Of a stretch of 33,435 nt of DNA, positions 24,247-33,435 are shown piece by piece. The translations under genes were made by a program, and so were the position numbers. Below the pieces are notes generated by a model, which saw only the letters and a list, made by a program, of their open reading frames with translations, searched no databases and was not told the origin of the DNA. The DNA comes from Phoronis australis (Eukaryota > Animalia > Phoronida): NCBI GenBank assembly GCA_002633005.1, contig NMRA01000230.1, positions 288,823 to 322,257 of the forward strand. Direction: 5' to 3'. The first letter of the stretch is position 1. Every line of letters starts with the position of its first letter.

Positions 24247-24849
24247 CTAAAATATAGAGAAAGAAACTGGTGCATAAAAATGAGAAAAAGGTTAATGTAA
24301 AGATTTTGACTTTTTAAAACTCCGAGACAATTAAAACCTTTTTTCAAAAAAACATCAAGAAATAATTTCTGGTCCTCACAGACATGAATGGTAGAGAAAG
24401 GAGCAAAATCTAAGTCATAACTGGCCACCTCCCAAGAAACTGCTAAAGGCAGCGTTATCGCTGGACTTTACAACTGAGATTTAACTCGACACAAATAGGG
24501 TGAAAACAGTCATGACCAGGTAACAAAAATCAAATGTGCCATCTTCAGGTAATTTGTCAGGACAAAGTGCGAAAAAGCATTATTTCTCAAATTTCTAAAC
24601 ATAGAGGGCATCAGTAAGGAAAGAGCTTCAAAAGCATTGCCTTCACGGCAATTGACCCACCATTGCCGAACACACTCAAACTTGAAGCCTACAATAAGAG
24701 AGAGTGGGCCAAAACTTAAGAAAAACACTCATACAACTCTAACATATTCAGAAAAGCACACACAAACGCCGAGTTCATTTCGGTGCTCACACAAAAAAGT
24801 AAAGAGGTGGACGCACTGCGAAATGATGACAAAAGGGGGCAGTACTCAC

Positions 24850-24962
24850 ATTCGTATCCGTCAGAGAGGTCATTACACGTAGCGTTCCCTGGACACGTGA
24901 CACTCATGCAAAAGTCGAGCTCTGAGCAGTCTTTACCCTTGTAACCATCCGTACACTGACAA
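24850..24962 (-). CDS. crb: Crumbs exon (EGF: CQCTDGYKGKDCSELDFCMSVTCPGNATCNDLSDGYE)
   Basis: cag acceptor, T|gtgagt donor; 113 nt, phase 2 to 1. Confidence 0.92.
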
Positions 24963-26494
24963 CTGACAAAGGTAAGCACACAATGTTAGGAACAACACAC
25001 AATAACGAATAACACTTTACTGGTCACAACACACAATAACGAATAAGACACAAGACCTGGGTGCCATTTTAACGAGGGCCGTAACTCTGGTTTTAGGTAC
25101 GATAGTCGTACCAGAAATATTTACATGATAACAATTTCTTCAAGTGGTTTATTGAGGTGGAAGCTTAGCTTTGATTATGAAACACACACGCCATGCATCC
25201 TGGCATTCTCTAACGACAATTGTACAAAATTTATTCCGTGTCCACAGAAAAACCTGAAACATTGACAATGAAATAAATATGATGGCTCAAAGGGTTTGCA
25301 TTGGGAAACAAATCAATACTTTGTGAAAACACGTCCAGTTTCAATTAGGAACAATTCAAAATCAATAAAAAATCGAAGTCAATGAATTTACAACTCTAAA
25401 CGTACATATTTTTAACTCCTTGATTACTGAACAAAACATAGCTCAATCGCTTTTTGTGAATTTCTGCCTTGAACTAGCAAAAGCACTGACCGTAGACTAA
25501 AGTTCCGAATTTGTCCAATTTTGTAACATATCTCATAAATGGCCGATCTGAATCAGACGGAACTTTCTTATATACCATGCGCTATGTATGCACTGTTCTC
25601 ATGGGCACAAAGTCTAATCTTTTTGCTCTACATTGAACTCAAAATTATTTTTGACAACTTCTAATTCTACTTATGTGCAAACTCAAGATAGTTAATTATC
25701 CTTTTGTGGAGTACCTGACAAAGAAATTAACAAACTAACCCAATGGGTTACATAGATAACTACCTAATCCTGGTTTTCACCCGATGACCCCAGAGTTAAG
25801 TCTAAAAGTTTGAGTCTGAATTCAAAATTTCAAAATCTTAATGAGTTTTCAGCTTATCTAGGGTCGATCACGCATAAAACTGGACTAGAAATTGCTATGG
25901 ATAAACCATAACCTACTCCAGCACAGTCTAATACACACTCACCTTGAATTAGCACAAAAGTAGAACGGAAAAGGACAAATATAATTCCAATTTCAATTTC
26001 TCAGTACAAAAATTAAACGCCGTCCCCAGAACTGTTGTTTTCAAAATGTTCCTCTATAGCATAAGGGGCTATCGAAAATAGAACTATTTATAATTTTTAT
26101 GAAAAAAATCAAAATTTGTATAGAATGAAATGATGATTTAGAAAAATTGAATTTTGAGATCTCATATCTTGAATATTATAGTAAATGAAATTTACCCACG
26201 TTCTTGACACCATTCTCCACATGAATTTACCTTAATTCCTTTTCGCTAAGTTTTATTATAAACACAAGGTCACGTGACCTTGTTGATGTCAGACTGATAT
26301 AAAGCTAAAAATTCAATTCTAAAGACTTTCTACAAGTCATTCAGGATATATGAACGCTTTTACTGGGTTTAGAATCTAGGATTAGTTACAAGGATATTTA
26401 GCTAAAAAACAATTATTATTGACAATCTTTAGATTTACTTGACTGTTAGTGTATTGTGCTGGAGGAAATTTTATGCACGAAGACAATTTTCTAC

Positions 26495-27140
26495 CTGAAA
26501 TCACTCCAAAATTCATTCGAACAGGTTGCGTTATTCTTGCATGGCTGTAGGGGGCACTGTTCCTCACTCTGCTCTCCCTTTTCGAGGTTAGTTGCATTTG
26601 TCGCTGGTACCGTCGTGGGTGTGGTAGAATCAGTCCCGTTCAACGGTGATGTCACAAACATCACTCCCTCAATTCGCAGATCCCTAACAGTGAAAATGGC
26701 TGGGTTGCCAACAGCGCGACGTCTTCTCTGACTGCCGGTCAACGTCCCCCAGTCGCCAAGGAAGACAGTCGTAGCAACGAGGTCAGTGGTTGCATTAATG
26801 GGGTTATTCGTACGTGAACTGTCAACATAGAGGCTGAGTATAGAACCTTCTCTCAACACTCTCAGGAAGTGGCTCTCACCGTCCGAAATGAACACGTTAG
26901 CGCTGTACGTGACACTTGGTCCCCCCAGTTTGACCTCCACTGCCAATTTACCGTCTTTGACCATCCCACCCAGATAGGTGGCGGCGTTACCCAAAAAGAA
27001 AATTTTGAAGTTTGTTGAACGCGTACGTACAAAAAACGAAACGTCGCTTCGTGTTTTCAGGATTTCCCTCATTGAGTCAGGTACAGTGTAGGTGGCACTG
27101 CTTGTCTGACCGCCGAAGCCAAATGTAGCAGCAGGAGGTT
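26495..27140 (-). CDS. crb: Crumbs exon (laminin G domain 2 + start of EGF)
   Basis: tag acceptor, AG|gtag donor; 646 nt, phase 1 to 2; motifs PAATFG, SFFVRTR, ISDGESHFL, LYVD. Confidence 0.92.
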
Positions 27141-27347
27141 CTAAAAGACAAAAATAATGCAAATTAAAAACAGGTCAGATAAGTAGGTCACAGGATATTA
27201 GAATATCTTGCTTAATATAATGAAATGCCCCAAAAATGAATGACTTCCAATGAAACTCGTGTTAAATAATCCTTATAATGTCAGGATTTCCTACTGGGAT
27301 GTATGGCATAAGAGTTGGCTGTAAACAGTAATTGCACAGATATCGGT

Positions 27348-27419
27348 TCCTCAGTAGCTCAGTTGTAAAAGCACTGGACCGACAATCTAGAGACCTGTGG
27401 TTCGATTCCCAGTTGGGGT
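27348..27419 (+). pseudogene. tRNA-like sequence (tRNA pseudogene or tRNA-SINE head)
   Basis: A box tagctcagttg, stem ctgga/tctag with 7-nt loop ccgacaa, B box ggttcgattcc, partial acceptor stem cctcag/ttgggg. It lacks U33 and the D-loop GG, and the T-stem is bulged. Confidence 0.6.
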
Positions 27420-27652
27420 TCCTGATTTTTCTGTTTATTTGATATATTTCACTACTGGTCAACCTCAGCGTCTATTCATTTACTATATCATATCTATGAT
27501 GAATCGGAGGATATGAATTGGGCTCTTCTGCATTTTACAAACCAACCTACTCATCCCATAGAAAAGTAGGTAGGAGAGGGTAAGCAAAAATAATTAAAAG
27601 ATCATCTGACCAACTTAAGTTTCCATTACTAACAACAGTGCTATACACTCAC

Positions 27653-28735
27653 CATACTGACATGACCGCCCATAATACGGACGACGGCACGTGCAGTGGT
27701 AGTCAATCCAGTCATCACGGCATAAGCCCTGCCCGCTGCAGGGGTCGGGAGTACACTGCGGCACCCTAGGACAGCCTTCTGTCACGTTCACCCTGTTCGC
27801 GTGACTGAATGGTATTAGTACCTTCTTGTGGGACAGGGACGTGTCGTGCCCGATATCTCGCAGACAGCCAATGAAATTGCGCCGTGACTGTGAACAGTTA
27901 CTGCATACATCACTGACAGCTCCGATCACATTGTCAACACTAATATTCCATAATGATCGTCCTGAGGGGAACATCCCACTCAAATACTGACTCGCAGTAT
28001 TACTGTCTTTACTGTAGAATTGCGACGACATAAAAACGCTGCTACTGTTCGTGAACACGTTCAACACCACTTTATGCCACTCCCCGTCATTCACCTTGGG
28101 GTCAAAGGTCACACTCTTGCCCGCGTCACTACTATTGCAGGCAACTATAAGTTTTGACTGGAAAATCTCAATCAGGCAGTAATCATTACCATCTCCTCCT
28201 GGAGGTTTGTTGTAGAACAGCACTCCGCTGTCCAAAGTTGTCCTGAAACTCAGTTGAAACTGAACGTACTGGACAGTGGAAGGATTCAGAACGATACGAG
28301 AGTAACCATTCATAGACACAGTGGTGGCGTTAGCACAGACATCTCCAGTGTATCCAGGTAGACACTTGCAAGAGCTTGCCTGGGTCACACCGTCGCTCTT
28401 CAGGAATGGCTGGCAGGTGGCGTTGTTCTCACACCGATTGCTACTGCCATAGCAACCAGTCAGCTCCACGCTACAGTTTTTCCCACCAAACACTTTACCT
28501 TGTGAGTCGACGCTAGTTAAACACGCACAATGATAACTACCCAAAAGATCAGTGCACGTTGCACCGTTCTGGCACGGAGGACTCTCCTTGCACTCATCTA
28601 TGTTCTCACTACAATTCCTCCCCTTCCATCCAGCGGCGCACGTACACTCGTAGTTGTTCACCAGATCGCTGCAGGTGGCGCCATTCAGACAAGGCTCCGC
28701 TTCACACTCATCAATGTCAATTTGACAGTTGACCC
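27653..28735 (-). CDS. crb: Crumbs exon (3 EGF + laminin G domain 1 + EGF)
   Basis: Lies within ORF 27615..28802; cag acceptor, G|gtgagt donor; 1083 nt, phase 1 to 1; LamG motifs LSFRT, VNDGEWHKV, FIGCLRDI. Confidence 0.93.
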
Positions 28736-29330
28736 CTGACAAACACAGAATGGAGAGACTTAACACAGCCACAGTGAACACCACTGATATCTCAGCAGCC
28801 ATTTTCTTTAACTACCAATAATTGTGAATATCCAATCTACAAACAACATTCCATCAGCACACAGCTATATATTCTCGGCAGTATTAGGTGATGACATTGG
28901 GATACCACTCCTCGGCACTGTTGATTCCTGATGTCATCAATTCAATGAATCAGCCAAGTGTATCACCAAGCAAACAGTTAGTCTTATCAAAAACTGGTGT
29001 CTTCATTAAAGGTTAAGAGTTCAAAGGTCTCGAACTGACATTCAGATGATGGTTAAACAGTACAGTGAGGTGACACCTTATCTTATCTTAAAAGGTATTT
29101 GAATTACAGGAAAGTAGCAAACCATACACTTGTTTTCCATCTCATATCTGCAGTGGCACTCAGTGGCAGTGACAGGTTAAGTTGTTTTTGTTTGCGTTTT
29201 TGTTTGCCACTCAAACAAGATAAAGACATGAAATGAAAAACCAATATTTTCAGCCTCAACCAGCATTCAACACAAGGTTAATAAGCATAGATCACAGAAA
29301 AACGATCACGAACAAAAATTAAACGAAAAG

Positions 29331-29476
29331 CAATAATAATGATAATGATAATATGATAATATTACAACAACACAACTAATAATAATAAGAATAACAATAA
29401 TATTAACAACAAAAATAATAAATAGTAATAATACCAACACTAATAATTAATAATAATAATAATAACCACAACAACA
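29331..29476. repeat. Imperfect (AAT/AAC)n microsatellite
   Basis: Directly visible trinucleotide low-complexity run. Confidence 0.85.
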
Positions 29477-29935
29477 GAGTTGACTTACTAATCAAACTGA
29501 ACATAAATTCAATTTATGGGAAGCAATCTGAACTTTTGTTTATAGTTACAAATTATAAAATAAAGTTGACAAAAAATTGAACCAATGATGTACAGTCAGC
29601 CATAAACCAGTGCACATGTGAATTTAAATGTGCCATTCTTTAAGGCCAGCAGTCAACTTCGCGCCCACAGTCTCATATTACACTGGAGACCAGTCTGACT
29701 GAAGAGGCAGACAGTGCTTTCACAGAGAACTGAGAATGTACTGTCGAAAGGTCTACAGAACGCTACCCAGTAATGAAGTTCTGCTCGAATACACGTCATC
29801 ATGTTTTTGTTCAGTGATTTAACCATTAGGGGAATGAGCCTCAATATAAAAAACTGACAATGCAGATTACGAAACAATACCATATAGAATGCAAAACTAT
29901 AACATGTTCATCCGAAATGCACTGAATAAATTTAC

Positions 29936-30143
29936 CTGTAAAACCGGGGGCGCATACGCACACAAACCCCGAGGCATTGGCATAGCTGAACTCCTCTAGC
30001 CCTGAGATGTCGTTGCCATACAGCGTCATGTTGGATCGCTGCAGACAGGTGGCGTTGTTCAAGCAAGGGTTGCTCAGACATTCGTTAATGTCGACTTCAC
30101 ACTGAGTGCCCTCGTAACCAAGGTTACACGTGCAGTTGAAACC
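29936..30143 (-). CDS. crb: Crumbs exon (EGF with Crumbs-type insertion ...CLQRSNMTLYGNDISGLEEFSYANASGFVCVCAPGFTG)
   Basis: cag acceptor, CAG|gtaaat donor; 208 nt, phase 0 to 1; the extended EGF loop is characteristic of Crumbs proteins. Confidence 0.92.
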
Positions 30144-31342
30144 CTGCAGTGAAAGAAAGTGCCCATAACAGAAGAGTGGTGATTTTCATAATAAACTTTA
30201 AATAATAACTTCTAAAAATAGAAAGCTATTTGAGATTTAAGAAGAACTCTATTTTTGAATGAAGTACACAGCAGTTTTCAAACCAACTAGACAGAACTCC
30301 GCTAGATTCTGCAACATTTGGGCAAACTTCTTGACAAAATAATGTCAGTTAAGTAGAACCTTTGTCACACGAAAATGGTATGAGGGTCAAACAGTAGTCC
30401 GACGTTTTTACACCTAGCCATTAATTGATGTGTATTAGACTAAAGGCAGACTCGTCATGTAATTAATACAATCTCAACAAAGTGAAACTACACCAGTTGA
30501 GAATTTGTAGAAATTTAGACAAAATCGAAATGCGTTCTAGTAAAACGAGGACTTTCAGTCAGTTTTGTGTGTTGAACTTTTTTCTTTACATTTTGGCGTT
30601 CAATGCCCAGTACATTGTACAGACCGAGACTGGCTTTATAATCTTGAAATTACTCCCTTTTCCTACACCATAAACGGTGAATGTTGGGCTTCACACGCTA
30701 CTGGTGCTAAATGTACTAAACGGAAAGTGAACACTGAATGGGAAAACATTGTTGAAACAAGATTAAAGAATGAAAGAAACCTTTATAAGCAGGGGGACAT
30801 GTTATGGGGTATTAACACAAAAGTGATCATCATATTGCTAATAACATGGTACTAGTATTAGATTGTTGCAGTACAACAGCAACAAGTTGAAACTCTCCTC
30901 ATCGAAAATCATGAAAACTTTGGAGCTAAGGATTTTGGAAAGTTTTGTGTCATTTCTTCATCAAATTTCTTGGAGGGTTTTCACAGTTCAACAAAGCTAA
31001 ACCCATTTCAAAAAATCAACAACTATAATAATTCAATGGGTGGTTTGCTAATGAAACCATCGTCAGTATCAGGTTAACCACAGTAAAAATTCCCGAGTTT
31101 GAAACACAATATGGTGGACAGGTAAAATTTCATTTGCCACATTTCTCAACAAAAATAACTTTCCAGGAAAAATTTCTGCGCTTTTAGCATGGTTCGTATG
31201 GCGTAGCTATTACCAATTAATATTGGATAAAATTTTGAGCATTTGCAACAATGTGGCAAGCTTCTGAAATATAAATATGGCAATTTTAGCGATAATTTTT
31301 GTCCCAAATTGAAGAATTTTTACCGTAATTCCAAAGACTTAC

Positions 31343-31457
31343 CTTGACCCTGTCTGTACAGGTGCCCCCATGCAAGCAGGGCTGGGAGGCGCAGTCATCA
31401 ATGTCAAACTGACAGTGCGTACCGTTGAAACCCGTATCTGTACAGTTACACACATAC
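31343..31457 (-). CDS. crb: Crumbs exon (EGF: [38 protein letters not shown])
   Basis: cag acceptor at 31458-60, AAG|gtaag donor; 115 nt, phase 2 to 0; calcium-binding EGF consensus. Not present in the ORF track. Confidence 0.9.
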
Positions 31458-32822
31458 CTGGTAAAAAATCACACAACATTTTGGTACCAGGCCTAGACAT
31501 GAAGTATCAGGCAGGCATGGCCTGAATCAAGAACGATCTATGAGATGCGAGGTTAGTCTCTGCCAGAATAACATTGCAGGCTACTTTTGGTGACCGATAG
31601 CTCCGCATAATTGTGATTTACATGAAAAAATATCATAAAGCATAAATCTCTGTTGGTCTATTGAACAAATGCTGAATTTTAACTTTTGAAGAGTGGGAAG
31701 AACATGCATTGTCCAGAGACAAGGGAGAAAACTTCATCTTTGAGTGTGGCAAGTCCTGGAAATTCATCTACAGCACTGCGACCATTTTTCAACTGCATTG
31801 TCGGATGGTTGGCCGCTTGTAAACATCGCAGACAACTTGGCGACGTGCAAACAATATGTAGAAAAACAATCCTAGTCATTTGAGTGCACAAGCACTGAAA
31901 GCACATGGTTTTGGTGCGAGTACAACTGAAATACCGTTATACAAACTTACGGTAACACATTGAAAGTCAGCCTCCAACCGCATCGCAACAAAACTTGGAA
32001 TTGGCAAATCTTCTACACGAAAGATTCTAGAGACAAGCGCAATCAGATCACACTGAAGTTACCAAACTGTCACTTAAAACCAGACTGCACGTCCCCAAGT
32101 TATCTGTGATGTCACCGGATGTTCATGAGCCAACAGTGGTCCCACAATGCATTTGATGAAGGACATCAGCACCGTGGATGAAATTCCAACCATTCAGACG
32201 AAATGAGACGGCATGACCAGGAAAATCAATACAAATGGGATTTCAAGCCCAATACACCAACAGTGGTGTTGGCATAGACGCCACTTTTAATATGTGCTTA
32301 GAGCAGGGGAGATTAATCAGCAATTTAAGTGTTGAGTAATATCGCAGACCACCTGTTGAGACAGATGACTTGCTTGTGAAGTAAAACTTTTTGCTCTCCT
32401 GACAAATGAGATTAAGTGCAAACAAAAGGTAAGCTGATTTCACTCGGTAATGTAAAATAACTCAAGAAAGCGTTCAAGAATTGTCCGTTTCAAAATCATA
32501 ATTGATATTTTATCAGTCCACGTAAGTGATACTAATGTTAGCCATAACAAATCTAAAGCGATGTACTACATGAACATGCCCACTCCATGCTCTTATACTA
32601 TCAAGTCACCGTAACTTAACACAGCACAATCACGATCAGGGCATGTAAACAATTGCAAGGAAGCACCTATAAATTCCAGTTACGACCCTGCAAATCTCAG
32701 TTGCAGACCAGCAGACACAGAAACACGTGGTACAAATCCCAGCTGGAAATGTTCCGCACCTGACGACTAAACTCCATTCCTGGTGACGAGATTCTACGCC
32801 CGCAATGAGGGCAAGTCACATA

Positions 32823-32890
32823 CAGGGGTCCTGCATTTTGAGAACCAGTTTTGATGCCTGTTATTCAGTGGGAAAAAATGGTTCTCAAAA
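32823..32890. repeat. Dispersed repeat fragment also present at ~11736-11793
   Basis: gcattttgagaaccagttt..atg(c/t)ctgtta(t/c)tcag..aaaaaa..gttctc is found at both loci. Confidence 0.7.
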
Positions 32891-33435
32891 GGTGAGACCC
32901 CTAAAAATGACTATTACGGGGACAGTTCTCACAGAGAAATCTGGCTCCCCGGACCTAGAGTTTGGTCACCGTATATGCAGCTTTTTTAGCCTATGTGTGG
33001 CACAATGGAGCGCAAATTAGGGAACTCTACTCAACGTATTTTGTGTCTACTAATCCAAAACTGTACTTTAGATGACTAGTTAGAATTTGGACGAATCATG
33101 TCTAGCCCTTGATGATGCCATGATAAAAGTCATTCAGAATCAAACAAGAGCAACGCGGAGCGTTGAAATGCGCCCACAATTGCACCGCATACGGTATCCT
33201 TCTAGGGTTGTTTATTGGTACCATAAAGTGGCCAGTAGAGGGCATACTTTGCAAAATGGAAAGGCATGGTCATTGTCTCCTCAATAGGCTAGGGGCAAAA
33301 TGTGAGTAATCTTCATAATACAAGCACATCCTATACACCAGTTGCTTAAAGCACCACAGAAACATAGAATTAAAAACAAATTTACCAACATACGAGATTA
33401 GCACAGCATTAGAATGCCAGAAACAAATTTCTACT

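Larger units (their letters stand above)
1..31457 (-). other. crb: crumbs ortholog gene span (partial; 16 coding exons visible, 5' end and cytoplasmic tail outside window)
   Basis: Sixteen GT-AG exons join in frame by manual phase check. The domain order (EGF array, 3 LamG separated by EGFs, EGF array, TM) and motifs such as LQRSN..LY..FSYANASGFVCVC, GGKNCSVELTGC, PAATFG and YKGKDCSELDFC..VTCPG match Drosophila Crumbs/vertebrate CRB as I recall them. Confidence 0.9.

Noticed and set aside
26560-26700. Loss of the LamG terminal disulfide in LamG2 (FTVRDL...KGEQSEEQC) as a novelty
   Set aside because: As I recall, the equivalent Drosophila Crumbs LamG also lacks these cysteines, so it is probably an ancestral feature.
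28736-28802. Signal-peptide-like N-terminus of ORF 27615..28802 (MAAEISVVFTVAVLSLSILCLS)
   Set aside because: It overlaps the polypyrimidine tract and acceptor of a well-supported internal exon whose phase matches upstream exons. Hydrophobicity is expected from T-rich acceptor sequence. An internal start cannot be fully excluded without transcript data.
1-31457. Alternative identity as Notch, eyes shut, fibropellin or Slit
   Set aside because: No LNR, ankyrin, LRR, CUB or avidin domains are seen. Three internal LamG domains followed by EGFs and a TM start, plus the FSYANASG-type EGF insertion, fit Crumbs.
31458-33435. Further upstream crumbs exon
   Set aside because: No EGF-like frame with splice sites was found; this region is intron continuing beyond the window.

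Overview
This is AT-rich eukaryotic (invertebrate metazoan) genomic DNA. The window is almost entirely occupied by a minus-strand, multi-exon crumbs (crb/CRB) ortholog. I could join 16 GT-AG exons by hand (31457 to 1, 4448 coding nt, about 1480 aa) with every splice phase matching. The product reads: EGF array, LamG1, EGF, LamG2, 2 EGF, LamG3, an unusually long run of 14 EGF repeats, then the start of the transmembrane helix at the left edge. The 5' part of the gene and the cytoplasmic tail lie outside the window. Introns carry several minisatellites, MITE-like elements (one nested inside a long inverted repeat) and two tRNA-derived SINE-like heads. The most interesting signal is in the 11.8-kb intron (11632-23465): a candidate alternative coding exon (14929-14996/15009). 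It has a strong Kozak ATG, a signal-peptide-like segment and a consensus phase-2 donor that splices in frame to the next crumbs exon, predicting a short LamG-less, EGF-only Crumbs isoform. Other points of interest are a furin-type RRRR site in LamG2, a second frame-preserving cryptic exon, and tandem duplications of an exon/intron junction.
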